Source: Candidatus Brocadiia bacterium (GTDB lineage: Bacteria; Planctomycetota; Brocadiia; SM23-32). Taken from it: 64,000 nt of DNA. The stretch lies in NCBI GenBank assembly GCA_046538485.1, contig JBKHIT010000005.1:64001-128000 (forward strand), read 5' to 3'. Position numbers and translations under genes: made by a program. Below are positions 1 through 10,267 of the stretch, piece after piece; the stretch's first letter is position 1; each line of letters begins with the position of its first letter. Under the pieces are notes generated by a model. It was not told where the DNA came from and ran no database searches. It worked only from the letters and a program-made list of their open reading frames with translations.

Positions 1-19
1 AACAACGACCGGTGTTGAA

Positions 20-2827
20 ATGCTGATCAGTCTGCAAGAAATACCTGTTTTCCGGCATATTTTATATTTGTTTTTGGCATTCGTTCTTTTTGGTGTCTTA
101 TATCTCTTCCCACCCACCGATCTGGATAAAGGGTTTGCTCACCTCATTTACGGTCCGCCTGTTGCTGCACCTCCTGCAGAAGCCAAACGGGAATTGACCC
201 TCTCTGACCTTTCCGTAACGTATCATTTCCCGGATTACCTGAATCGTTCTCCCCGCAATATTCAGGGAAGCGACGGGAATATTCAAGCTCCTCTGGGCAC
301 CGAAGTGCTGCTTGAGGGACGGCTGAGTTGGACCGCAAACTCGGTGCGGTTCGTTGTTAACGGAGAAACCCAGGCCAGACCCTCGCTGGACAAAAATGGC
401 CAATTCCAGGTCCGCTTTGCTTTGATGAGTGAGGGGACATATCATTTTGAGTCTTTTGACGAGGCCGGAGAACCGACAGCGACGGCGGACCGTAAAATAC
501 GGACTGAGGATGATCGCCGGCCGAAAGTCCAGATAACGGGTGTCACCCCTCGGCCCAACCCCCAGGGCAGGATCGAAATAGAGAAGAGCGGAGCAGTCCG
601 ACTCGATTATCGGTGTACGGATGATCACGGTATCGGCGAAGTATTTCTCGAATATCAGTCCGGCGGTTCCCGACATACGCGACAAATAGCTACCTCTTCG
701 ACCGGACGCAAAAGTATTAACTCCCAATATGAATGGGGAGTCCCGGGTTCAGGGGGGCGGCTATCCAAGAAGCTGGCTCTCCGCATTGGCGCTCGGGATA
801 AAGACAACATTTCCGGGCCGAAAACTGGTTACAGTCGTACGATTACGGTTCATCTGGTCACCGATGAAATGCGGCATCGAAGAATTCTGGCCCGGCAGGA
901 ACAACTCAAACGCCGAATGGTGAATTTGCTGGCGGACGAACTGATTTTTGCAACCGCCCCGCTGAAACCTGGCAAGAACCTGACGGCCGATCAGGCCGTG
1001 CTGCGGTCGCTGCATGACATTATGCTTCTTAACCAGCTTATACTTCGAGAAATGCGTGGCGATCCACTTGTTGATCAGACATTCTATGATGAGTTAACTT
1101 CGATGTTGGAAAGACGTGAATCTGAAAATGCAGCCTTAAGGAAGGCCCTGAGGGAGTCACGAAGAGTTCCCCCGGCAGGCAGGAAAAATGAGGAATCCAG
1201 AGAGGCGAACATCTCTCAGGCGGTACGTGAAATTGTGCCTCCTCTGGAGGATGACATAATACAGCTGGATGACTTGCTGGAAATGGCTCACCTTCGCTCG
1301 GCCCGAAGAATGGCAGAACGTATGGCGAAGATGCAGCAAGAACTGGCGAAGCTGATTCGGAAAATGAAGGAAGGTGGATTAACCGCAGAGGAATTGCAAC
1401 AGATCAAACAACGCATTGCCGCTATGAAAAGGATGATGGATGAGCTGTCGCGTCGGTTGGCTATGAGTGCGCGCAAAATAGAAAGGGAGTTTATGAATCC
1501 CGATGCCCTCCAAACTCTGGGTATGCGGGAAGAATTGGCAGAGAAACTCGATAATCTGCAGGAAATGGCTGAAAAAGGACGCCTTGATGAAGCGCTTTCC
1601 GAAGCCGAAAAACTGAGCCAGCAACTGCAAAATATGATGCAGGGATTGTCGCAATCTGGGCAGAGACTTGCTGCTGCGCGTATGAGCCCTTATCTGCGAA
1701 AACTCCGAAAGTTTCAGCAGGACCTGAACAGGATCCGAGAGGAACAGGCTGATATCCGGGATGCGACAAGCGCAATACGCAGAAAAATGCGAGAGGAAAT
1801 CGTCCGAAACGAAGCCGGCGATCTGGAATCTTTTACCAAAAAGCAGCTTAAGCGGGCGGAGCAAATCTCACAGGAAATCGAAAAAGTGCTGGAGCGAGCT
1901 CGTAATACACCTGATCTCGAGCAATATCGTACATTGCGACAAAAACTCAGGAATAAGCTCAGGGAGATGGCCACCGCGGAAGGAGAAGGCGCCGTTAACA
2001 GGCTACCTGAGAAATTGAGCGGAGAGCTGGAAGATATTACTTCCCAGATGCGATCGCTCAAAGGGGGCGATGCAGCCGATAGTATTCTCAGCGGCGCAGA
2101 GAAAGCAAAAGATGAAGTGAAGCAGCTAAAAAAGTCTTTGGAGAATTACGATTTCCAAAAGGCGCTGAAACGGGCCAACAATACCCGCCGGGAAATGCAA
2201 GAATGGGGAAATATCTGTAAAAGGGCTGGTTCACCGCGCGAAATGACTCAGCATGCGTCCTCGGCAGCTGATACGGCCGCAAAAATCAGCAACGATATCC
2301 GGAAGATGGCGGAAAAGATCCAGAAAGCCGGGCGAAGCGGCGCTTCCGGCGCACATGGCAAATCTGCTCAGGTTATTGGTGGACGACAGAGACAGACACT
2401 GCAAAAACTCCGCGATGCTCGGGGCCAAAAAGGTAGGGTGGGTAACCAGGAAATGAAAAATGCTCTCGATCAAGCTGATCGGCATATGGATTCAGCGACC
2501 GCAGGACTTTCCAAACGGCATATCGGCCGACCATTGGAGGATCAGCAAGCAGCTCTTGAACAGCTTGATCGTGCAATCCAGGAAGGGAAGGGTAAAATCC
2601 AGCAGATGCAACAAAATATGCAGGGCAGGGCCGCTCGTATGGCGGGAGGGCGAGCGGGTCGTGAAGGGCGCTCGGGAGCCGGCCGGGACCGCGTTCAGAT
2701 CCCCGATCCTTCCGCGTATCGAGTCCCCGAGGAATTTCGTGAACAAATTCAAAAAGCACTCAGCGATGGTCTCCCTTCGGATCACCGTGAAGCCAATGAA
2801 AGATATTTTGAAGATCTGGTGGAATAA
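20..2827 (+). CDS. DUF4175-like membrane-anchored coiled-coil protein (probably 5'-truncated at the window edge)
   Basis: 935-aa ORF whose frame is open to the window start. It has a TM helix, Ig-like segments (YHFPDY, D..P.V.I, TDDHGI), a long Q/E/K/R coiled coil and the C-terminal 'VPEEFREQI...LP...RYFEDL' typical of this family. Confidence 0.7.
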   Translation: MLISLQEIPVFRHILYLFLAFVLFGVLYLFPPTDLDKGFAHLIYGPPVAAPPAEAKRELTLSDLSVTYHFPDYLNRSPRNIQGSDGNIQAPLGTEVLLEGRLSWTANSVRFVVNGETQARPSLDKNGQFQVRFALMSEGTYHFESFDEAGEPTATADRKIRTEDDRRPKVQITGVTPRPNPQGRIEIEKSGAVRLDYRCTDDHGIGEVFLEYQSGGSRHTRQIATSSTGRKSINSQYEWGVPGSGGRLSKKLALRIGARDKDNISGPKTGYSRTITVHLVTDEMRHRRILARQEQLKRRMVNLLADELIFATAPLKPGKNLTADQAVLRSLHDIMLLNQLILREMRGDPLVDQTFYDELTSMLERRESENAALRKALRESRRVPPAGRKNEESREANISQAVREIVPPLEDDIIQLDDLLEMAHLRSARRMAERMAKMQQELAKLIRKMKEGGLTAEELQQIKQRIAAMKRMMDELSRRLAMSARKIEREFMNPDALQTLGMREELAEKLDNLQEMAEKGRLDEALSEAEKLSQQLQNMMQGLSQSGQRLAAARMSPYLRKLRKFQQDLNRIREEQADIRDATSAIRRKMREEIVRNEAGDLESFTKKQLKRAEQISQEIEKVLERARNTPDLEQYRTLRQKLRNKLREMATAEGEGAVNRLPEKLSGELEDITSQMRSLKGGDAADSILSGAEKAKDEVKQLKKSLENYDFQKALKRANNTRREMQEWGNICKRAGSPREMTQHASSAADTAAKISNDIRKMAEKIQKAGRSGASGAHGKSAQVIGGRQRQTLQKLRDARGQKGRVGNQEMKNALDQADRHMDSATAGLSKRHIGRPLEDQQAALEQLDRAIQEGKGKIQQMQQNMQGRAARMAGGRAGREGRSGAGRDRVQIPDPSAYRVPEEFREQIQKALSDGLPSDHREANERYFEDLVE

Positions 2828-2835
2828 AATATATT

Positions 2836-4500
2836 ATGCTCGATATACCATACGAACGAAGCGCGACCGGGGAGAAAAAGAATAAAATCCGTACCCTGTC
2901 TGCAGTTATGACTTTCTCTTTGTTGGCGTTTCTCAACGCTTTCTCGTTGCATGCCGCGGATGCGGGAGGCGAGGAAAAACTGTCCGAAGTGACGAATGCG
3001 AAACTCGCCCAAAGGTGTCTTACGGCTCTGCGGGAATGGCGCATAGGAGATGCTGAGGGGTATGTTGAGGAAGCCAAACGGCGGGATGCCGATTCGGAAC
3101 TGGCGAACGCTCTCTCCGCGAACGTGGCTTTTATGGAAGGCGATTACGAAGTTTCCCGCCGACACGCAGATGCCCTGGAAGATGCCTCGGCCAGTATAAA
3201 AGATGTTGCCCGTATACTTCGCCAGCTGAAATCATTGCATAGTTCTTTTCAGCGGACCGAAAGTGAGAATTTTGAAATCCGCTGGGCCGAGCGCCCCGAC
3301 AGGATTGTCGCGGAATATGCCCCCGAAGTGCTTGAAAAAGCCATGGAAACGCTGTGCGATACTCTGGAATGGAAAGCGCCCGAAAGACGTATCGTGGTCG
3401 AAATTTACCCCGATATTGGCAGTTTTTCGACGGCGACGACTCTGCAGATGGACGAAATCGAAACCAGCGGGGCCGTCGCCATCTGCAAATTCAATCGTCT
3501 TATGATCGCAAGCCCGCGCCTTTATCTTCAGGGTTACCGGTGGGCCGACACTCTGGCTCACGAACTGACGCACTACGTTATCATCAAAAAAACCGCGAAC
3601 GGAATTCCGGTGTGGCTTCATGAAGGAGCGGCAAAATATTGCGAGGAACTCTGGCGCCTACCGGAAAAAGATATGCGGCTCGACCCACTTCACGCCACTC
3701 TTCTTGCCGAAGCCCGTGAAGATAATCATTACATCGGTTTTGACGAAATGCACATATCGCTTGTGAAACTCGATACGCAGGAAGAGGTCGCTCTGGCATA
3801 CGCCGAAGTTGTCAGTTTTGTCCGGTTCTTGCGCGAGTTGAAAAAGAAAAACCCTCTGCCCGAACTTCTCGATCGGGTTGCCTCAGGTGCACAACCACGC
3901 GAAGCGCTTTCGGCAATGACAGGACTTCCCTGGAAACAACTCTACGCAAAGTGGAAGAACTGGCTTGCGAATGAAAAATTGGACCGAATCCCGGGTCTTC
4001 GCGTTTTGCCCCGTAAACTCACAAAAGGCGGAGATAATACCGAACAGACAGGTGATCTATCAGAAAGATTACCTGATGAGGCTTATCACTTTGCTCGGCT
4101 CGGCGATATGTTGCGAGATGAGGCAAGACCCGGTGCGGCCGCCATCGAATACGCTAAAGCGACGAAGAAAACTCCCTTTATCTCGCCGCATCTCAACGTG
4201 CGTCTGGCGCGGATGCAGTTGAGAAGTGGCGCGATGGAAAAAGCGGCTCAGATATTGACGAAAACGGAACGTTATTACGGCGATTATCTCCCGCTGCACG
4301 TGGCTCGCGCCGAACTTGCTATGCGAAAGAAAAACAATACGCGGGCGCTCTCAGCCCTGCAGGAAGCCATCCACATTAATCCTTTCGATCCGCGTCCTCA
4401 TGAGGTCCTGGTGGAGCTTTACAGCCAAGCAGGCGAACAGCAAAAGCGAAAGCGTGAGGAACGTGTCCTCAGGCTGATCTACGAATGGCTGCGGTTGTAA
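2836..4500 (+). CDS. Peptidase MA-like zinc metalloprotease with C-terminal TPR repeats
   Basis: HELTH zinc motif followed by 'IPVWLHEGAA', a signal-like hydrophobic N-terminus and TPR-like helices; starts 8 bp after the upstream gene. Confidence 0.8.
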   Translation: MLDIPYERSATGEKKNKIRTLSAVMTFSLLAFLNAFSLHAADAGGEEKLSEVTNAKLAQRCLTALREWRIGDAEGYVEEAKRRDADSELANALSANVAFMEGDYEVSRRHADALEDASASIKDVARILRQLKSLHSSFQRTESENFEIRWAERPDRIVAEYAPEVLEKAMETLCDTLEWKAPERRIVVEIYPDIGSFSTATTLQMDEIETSGAVAICKFNRLMIASPRLYLQGYRWADTLAHELTHYVIIKKTANGIPVWLHEGAAKYCEELWRLPEKDMRLDPLHATLLAEAREDNHYIGFDEMHISLVKLDTQEEVALAYAEVVSFVRFLRELKKKNPLPELLDRVASGAQPREALSAMTGLPWKQLYAKWKNWLANEKLDRIPGLRVLPRKLTKGGDNTEQTGDLSERLPDEAYHFARLGDMLRDEARPGAAAIEYAKATKKTPFISPHLNVRLARMQLRSGAMEKAAQILTKTERYYGDYLPLHVARAELAMRKKNNTRALSALQEAIHINPFDPRPHEVLVELYSQAGEQQKRKREERVLRLIYEWLRL

Positions 4501-4578
4501 CCCGGCCGAGAATGGGCCTGCGAAAGTTTTCTGCAATCGGGAAAACGTCCTCACATTAGCCATATCACGCATGCGTAC

Positions 4579-4602
4579 CATTGCGAGCCGCCGCGGCAAT
4601 CC
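4579..4602. repeat. Half copy of the RPE-like palindrome found at 49409-49507
   Basis: CATTGCGAGCCGCCGCGGCAATCC matches the reverse complement of 49471-49506 with a short internal deletion. Confidence 0.5.
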
Positions 4603-4763
4603 AGAAGTGCAGCCCCATAACACGAGGCGAAGAGGTATCCTTTGCACTGACGGGTACAACGAGCGAAAAAGTGACTTTGCCGGGGTTTGTTCCCCGCCTT
4701 CGGTTTCTATGTCCCGCCCCTTCATGTAGAATTGTATTTTCCGATTTTGTTTCAGGGGATTTT

Positions 4764-7622
4764 ATGCCAGGGAAGACGGACCTCACCTTTGTATCTATCA
4801 TTACCACCGGACCGATCCCGGAGGACGACGACGTTGTGGAAGTTGCCGCGTTTCGGGTTTCCGAAGACGATGCCCGGGACGAGTTCCACGAGCTTGCCGA
4901 CCCGGACAAGTTACCTGTGGTCATCCAGGAGATTACGGGCCTTACGGAAAACGATCTGGCAGGTTGCAACGGCGCGACGAAGGTTCTTCAAGAACTGGCT
5001 GACTGGGTCGGCGACGGTCCAATCGTCGTCGACGATGCCAATAAATTTGCCCACTTTCTGGAAACGTCACATATCCATCCCCCCGATGATCTTCTCGATA
5101 GCCGTCGTCTGGCGCGTATTGTCCGACCGGAAAGCACCGATTTTGAGTTGACGTCTGTCGCGGAAGAACTCGATCTGGAGCCCCCGGAGTTTCGGCGCGC
5201 ATCGGATCTCGTCGAACTGACCCGCGACGTCTGGGAAGCTCTGCAGGGTGAACTCGTTAAACTGCCCGGGCCGACGCTGGATGCGCTCTATCGTATCGCT
5301 GCAGCGGCTTCGAGCCCGCTGGTAGCAATCCTGGCCGATGCGGCGAACCGGAAGGAAGGTTTCCAGCTTTCCGATGACCGGGGGCTGAAACTCGAAAGCG
5401 TCTTCCGAAGCCATCGGGAGCTTTTCTCGCAGGCGCAGCATTACGAGCAGCCAGAACCACAGGACGACGAACTCGATACGGACAAAATATGCGCGATGTT
5501 CAGTCCCGATGGAGCGGTCGGGCGGCATCTCAGGGATTACGAGGAGCGTGAAGAGCAGGTCGAAATGACGCTCGAAGTTTGCCAGGCCTTTAACACCCCT
5601 TATCACCTGATGTTTGAGGCCGGAACGGGGACCGGTAAATCGATGGCTTATCTGCTGCCAGCGATCGCCTGGGCTCGCCAGAATGAGGACAAAGTTGTCA
5701 TCTCGACCAATACGAAGAATCTGCAGGAACAGCTTTTCCACAAAGATCTTCCTTTTCTGCGAGAATTATTGGGGGGGCGCTTCGAAGCCGCGCTGCTGAA
5801 GGGCCGCGGGAATTATCTCTGCGTGCGTCGGTTCCTGCGAACTGTCCGGTATTTCGACCGGGAATTGAGCGAACGCGAACAGCTTGAAGCTATGTTGCCG
5901 TTGATCGTGTGGGCTTCGCGAACCGAAAGCGGGGATCTGGCTGAATGCCGGGGACTGATCACGAGCGAGGCCGCTTTCGGACTCATCCCGAGCGTCACCA
6001 GCACGGGCGACGAGTGCGCGGGACGGGCCTGTCCTTACAGCGACCGCTGTTTTGTGCGGCGTGCACGCTGTCTCGCGCAACTGGCCGATGTCATTGTGGC
6101 CAACCACGCGCTGGTTTTTGCAGATGTTGGCCTCGATCAGCCGTATCTGCCTTTGAAACGGTGCGTGATTTTCGATGAGGCGCACAATATTGAAGATGTG
6201 GCTACCGAAGCCGTTGCGGCCGGCGCCGATAGCCTGAGCGTTTTCCGGATCACCAACCGACTCTGGCGAGCACGTAAAGACGGTTCGGGAAGTGGCATGG
6301 TCGCTACTGTTATGGCGATTGCGAACAAGCAACTCCCCGAAAAAGGCCCACTGAGTCGGGACACGGTCATTGATCTTGCGCAGGGTGTTATCGAATCGAT
6401 TGATGAGGCTGTCGATGCGACGCGGGACTGTTTTGGGACCATGGAGGCGCCCTTCGATTCTGTCCCGGCGCACGAAGAAAAAATCCTCCTGGAAGATTGT
6501 CAGCCGGCCGTGGGAATTGATGGCCCAACGGGGGAGGCAGCGGAGAAACTCAATAAGAAACTGCACCGTCTGGGGGGCCGGATCGAAGATCTCGCCGAGT
6601 GCCTCGAGCTCAACAATGAAAAGATGGAGAATGCGAACGAGCTGGCGCGGGACCTGCGCGCGCAGGTGACCCGGCTCCATGAAGTTACCGATACCCTGGA
6701 GTTCGTGCTGGCCCAGGAGGAGGAAGATTATGTCTACTGGGCCGAACGAACGCGTCGCCGTCACCAAACTTTCTATTCTCTCCACGCCGCTCCGCTCGAG
6801 ATCGGAACTTTTATGAAAGGCTTCTTCTTCGATGAGATGCGAACGGTCATTCTTACCTCAGCGACGATGCAGGTGGGTGGGGATTTTGAATACATGCGGG
6901 AACGTCTCGGCGGGTCATCGTTCAGAGAACTTGAACTTCGTTGCGCCGGCGTTGGTTCACCATTTGATTTCGATCAGCAAACACTGGTAGCGGTTCCGAC
7001 ATTTTTGCCGGATGCCGGAGGACGCCGGGACCAGGTTTACGACGCCGAGCTCTCTTCATTTCTGATTGAACTATTGCGCGCTACAGAAGGCCGGGGGCTG
7101 GTACTTTTCACGTCCTATTCGTTACTGAACAACGTGTACGACCGGATAAAACAGCCGCTGGAGCGGGGCGGGGTACCGGTTTTGGCCCAGGGGCGCGACG
7201 GGAGCCGGGAAGCGATCACGGACATCTTCCGACGGGTGACGGATTCGGTGCTTCTCGGGACGCAGAGTTTCTGGGAAGGTGTGGATGTTACCGGCGAGGC
7301 TTTAAGTTGCCTTGTGCTGACGAAACTTCCGTTTCACGTTTTCACGGAACCTCTGGTACAGGGCCGGATCGAGTTCCTGCGTCAGCGCGGCATCGATCCT
7401 TTCTCGCACTATACTTTGCCCGAGGCGGTGATCAGTTTTCGTCAGGGATTCGGCCGCCTGATCCGTCATCGCAATGACCGGGGCGTAATTGTTGTGACTG
7501 ATCGGCGGTTGGTGACCAAAGCCTATGGGCGCGCTTTCATGCAGGACCTCCCGACAAAGCCCGAGGTCTACAAGCAGAAAAACGGCGTTATCGAAGACGT
7601 CCGCCGTTTCTTCGGGGGGTGA
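4764..7622 (+). CDS. dinG: DinG/YoaA-family ATP-dependent helicase with a degenerate N-terminal DnaQ-like exonuclease domain
   Basis: Walker A EAGTGTGKS, KGRGNYLC plus Fe-S cysteines, DEAH, TSAT, FWEGVD and QGFGRLIR motifs. Start moved to the ATG at 4764. Confidence 0.9.
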   Translation: MPGKTDLTFVSIITTGPIPEDDDVVEVAAFRVSEDDARDEFHELADPDKLPVVIQEITGLTENDLAGCNGATKVLQELADWVGDGPIVVDDANKFAHFLETSHIHPPDDLLDSRRLARIVRPESTDFELTSVAEELDLEPPEFRRASDLVELTRDVWEALQGELVKLPGPTLDALYRIAAAASSPLVAILADAANRKEGFQLSDDRGLKLESVFRSHRELFSQAQHYEQPEPQDDELDTDKICAMFSPDGAVGRHLRDYEEREEQVEMTLEVCQAFNTPYHLMFEAGTGTGKSMAYLLPAIAWARQNEDKVVISTNTKNLQEQLFHKDLPFLRELLGGRFEAALLKGRGNYLCVRRFLRTVRYFDRELSEREQLEAMLPLIVWASRTESGDLAECRGLITSEAAFGLIPSVTSTGDECAGRACPYSDRCFVRRARCLAQLADVIVANHALVFADVGLDQPYLPLKRCVIFDEAHNIEDVATEAVAAGADSLSVFRITNRLWRARKDGSGSGMVATVMAIANKQLPEKGPLSRDTVIDLAQGVIESIDEAVDATRDCFGTMEAPFDSVPAHEEKILLEDCQPAVGIDGPTGEAAEKLNKKLHRLGGRIEDLAECLELNNEKMENANELARDLRAQVTRLHEVTDTLEFVLAQEEEDYVYWAERTRRRHQTFYSLHAAPLEIGTFMKGFFFDEMRTVILTSATMQVGGDFEYMRERLGGSSFRELELRCAGVGSPFDFDQQTLVAVPTFLPDAGGRRDQVYDAELSSFLIELLRATEGRGLVLFTSYSLLNNVYDRIKQPLERGGVPVLAQGRDGSREAITDIFRRVTDSVLLGTQSFWEGVDVTGEALSCLVLTKLPFHVFTEPLVQGRIEFLRQRGIDPFSHYTLPEAVISFRQGFGRLIRHRNDRGVIVVTDRRLVTKAYGRAFMQDLPTKPEVYKQKNGVIEDVRRFFGG

Positions 7623-7924
7623 GGGATGCTGTTTTTTGTCTCAGGTTACGCTGAATTTTTGTCCTTGTGTCAAATTCTGATTGTCTTTCTATACAGCAAC
7701 GGAAGTGTGTGCGGTGAATGATCCTGGCGGGTAACGAGCCGATGTGGTTGGGTACTTTTCGGCCTATGAACGTCAGGGAAGAAAAAATCCTTCCGTCCGA
7801 GGTGGATTAGACGGCTCTGAGCTGGTAAAATTACTATGTGTTGAATGGCTGGGAGCGGAAGCGTTATCCGAAGAGATGTGAGTGCAACCTTAAAACATGC
7901 CTCTAACATTGGAGAGGGCGAACG

Positions 7925-8320
7925 ATGAAAAAGAAGTTTCTTATAGTGCTGGCGGTATGGATTGTCATGGCCTACGTAGGGGTATTTATGTTCTCCGTGG
8001 GATTTGCGTCTTCCGAAATGGGAGGGCAGCCCGGGGAAAAGAAAGGGTCTGACACATTATTTTGCATACGGGGAAGCGGGCTCGTGGCTGGCGTTGCGCG
8101 TAAGGTTTTTGTGCCATGCACAACTGTTGTGTCAAGTCTTGATGGTTATACCCTCAGCGAACCCGAAAAGGTACAGGACGTTGAAATGGTTTTCGGATGG
8201 AAATATGCCGCAGGCCGGCAGCCGTGGATAGTCGGGGCGTTTTTTGTTATTTTCATCATATCTACGGTCATTGTATTTAGAAATTTGAGAAAACCTGAGC
8301 CCGAAGAGGAAACATCTTAA
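7925..8320 (+). CDS. Hypothetical membrane protein (two TM helices)
   Basis: GGAG-type RBS upstream; 131 aa with N- and C-terminal hydrophobic helices. Confidence 0.6.
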   Translation: MKKKFLIVLAVWIVMAYVGVFMFSVGFASSEMGGQPGEKKGSDTLFCIRGSGLVAGVARKVFVPCTTVVSSLDGYTLSEPEKVQDVEMVFGWKYAAGRQPWIVGAFFVIFIISTVIVFRNLRKPEPEEETS

Positions 8321-8589
8321 CAGGGTCTTTTTCTTAAACGATTTGCCACTCCCTGTATTTGAATTCAAACGGCCGGCCATCAAAGATGCGCTCAAATACT
8401 ATGTTGGGCGGGTTCCCGGTTTCTGAAAGAGATTTCTGAGGTTGGCGCAGTAACTGACGTTGCTTGCCCCTGTCCTTCGGGGTAAATAAACTTTTGCTCG
8501 CATGCCCCGATAACCAAGCGAAGATAGAGGGGGCGTTACCCGATCAGTTTTGGTGCCGCTTTTCCTGCCGGGAGTGTCCGCCGTCGGCG

Positions 8590-9750
8590 TTACCTCCCGT
8601 TTTCAAAGTCCCTTTTGATAAGGTTTCTGTAAACCTTTTCCACGTTATCCGTCTGCTTTTTGAGACTGAAAAGACGCGACATCCGGTCGCGGGCTGCTTT
8701 GCCCCAGTGTCTTCTCCGGTCCTCTTTCTCAGCCATTTCCAACAGCGCATGCGCCAGACGTTTTGGTTTGTCCTGAACCACCATACCAGTTTCGCCGTCG
8801 GCGACGATATCGGGTAGCACACCGCGGTTAGCAACTACCAGCGGGATCTCCATTGCGCACATCTGCATCGCCGCCCGGCAAGATCCGTCGCTTCCTGGCA
8901 CCAGCATCAGGCCCGCATCACACATCGCGAGAACGTCTTTGTAATCATCGGTTCGATATCCGAGCGGATGAACCGTATCCTCCAGACCCATTTCCGTTAC
9001 AGGGTGGTCGAGAATTTCTTCTTTGTGAGTTCCGCGGCCGAGCACGATGATCTTCAAGCGCGAGTTTTTCTCCTGTATTTGTCTGGCAGCTTCCAGCAGG
9101 ACGTCAAATCTCCGGTGCCACTGCACGCGAGCGACAATGCCGATAATGATGTGATCGGCGGAGAATCCGAACTGCTCGCGGATACCAGCGGGCGGTTCCA
9201 TCGGCTGAAATGTGTCAAGATCGACCGCCCCCCGTACGGTGGAGACGTCACCCGGGGAGCGATGCAGTTTTTCCACGGCGAGAGCGCGCAATCGATCGCT
9301 CAAAACGATCAGATGATCGGCCATGCGTTCGGAGAATTGAAAATGGTGGAAGATCGAATTGCCGTAACGCTGGGCGCCGTGATCCGTGCGGATCAACGGC
9401 GCGGTCGTGGGGCTGCGTCGTCTGGCGACTGAAGCCAGGATATGATCAAGCGAACCGTGAACATGAATGATATCAAAATCCTTTTCGGTGAGCAGGTGTC
9501 TCAGGTGACTGGTATCGCTAATGGTGCGTCCAAGCTCGCTGCCCCCGTCAAAATAAAAATCATCGATTACTTCGACGCCCATCTCTCCTGCTCGTTGCCC
9601 CAGGGAATTATCGGTAAATTCGGGGGTGCGGGTGCAGGCCAGGATTGGTCGCCAGCCGCGGCGAGTGAGTTCGGCACAGAGATTGGCAATTGGCTGGGAC
9701 GGACCGGTCCACTTGTAGTCGGCATAGCAGTGGAGAACCGATTTTTCCAT
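8590..9750 (-). CDS. Glycosyltransferase family 4 (GT-B)
   Basis: DIIHVH, GIVAR and 'GGxxDIVxDGETG'-like motifs; start taken at MEKSVLH. Confidence 0.85.
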   Translation of the reverse strand: MEKSVLHCYADYKWTGPSQPIANLCAELTRRGWRPILACTRTPEFTDNSLGQRAGEMGVEVIDDFYFDGGSELGRTISDTSHLRHLLTEKDFDIIHVHGSLDHILASVARRRSPTTAPLIRTDHGAQRYGNSIFHHFQFSERMADHLIVLSDRLRALAVEKLHRSPGDVSTVRGAVDLDTFQPMEPPAGIREQFGFSADHIIIGIVARVQWHRRFDVLLEAARQIQEKNSRLKIIVLGRGTHKEEILDHPVTEMGLEDTVHPLGYRTDDYKDVLAMCDAGLMLVPGSDGSCRAAMQMCAMEIPLVVANRGVLPDIVADGETGMVVQDKPKRLAHALLEMAEKEDRRRHWGKAARDRMSRLFSLKKQTDNVEKVYRNLIKRDFENGR

Positions 9751-10038
9751 GGGCGGACCGGACCGAAAAGAGACAATTTTCCCGCACATTTATGGTAGCA
9801 AACCGCCCCCGTAGAATACAAGCAAGAGCGGACTGTCGAGGGATTTGCGCTGTGGGTCCTGCGGGTGCTGATAGCCGTACATTTACCGAAAATCGTGCCG
9901 CCTGTTCCCATTGGACCGAGCGCAAATTCCTCAAGTTTCCTGCGGAAAAGTCGTTAAAGGTTATTGTAACATAAACCTTATGTCTGGCCTTAATCATTCT
10001 GTAAGCTCGCCACCCCGCTTCTCGACCGCGTATCCTGC

Positions 10039-10267
10039 AGACTCGAGTTCAGCTGAGCCCGCCCCGGCGGGCGAAACTGGACTTGAGGCGGACAGATGCC
10101 GGAAAATGACGGGTAGCTGTCGGTCCGCATCGCCGAGGCGGACCTGCCGTTGGTTGTTCTGCTGTTTTGCTCCGAGACCTGTCGGTTTATGGCCCGCGTT
10201 CTGAACTCCAGCCTCCGGCTGAAGTCCAGTCCGCTCGCGGATCCGGACCCGCTTACAAATCCGCCGG
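10039..10267. repeat. Modular palindromic intergenic repeat, full copy 1 (modules A-B-C)
   Basis: Collinear and highly similar to 45863-46093; partial copies at 12904, 50959, 52051 and 53480. Confidence 0.9.

Noticed and set aside
4581..4763. N-terminal extensions in the ORF track (dinG, tldD 56074, DUF1559 52131, 10552, 31553, 55224, 60861, 62491)
   Set aside because: Downstream starts fit RBS placement or family N-termini better, and the extensions overlap promoters or neighbouring genes.
7099..7108. TGGAGCGGG match to the tRNA-Gly 3' end as a possible att site
   Set aside because: It is only about 9 bp and lies inside the dinG coding sequence, so it is expected by chance.
7623..7924. Possible riboswitch or ncRNA in long intergenic gaps (also 8321-8589, 10270-10630, 20810-21080)
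   Set aside because: I recognised no conserved aptamer motif, only isolated hairpins such as CTGCATC-TTACG-GATGCAG at about 20865. An Rfam scan would be needed to exclude one.
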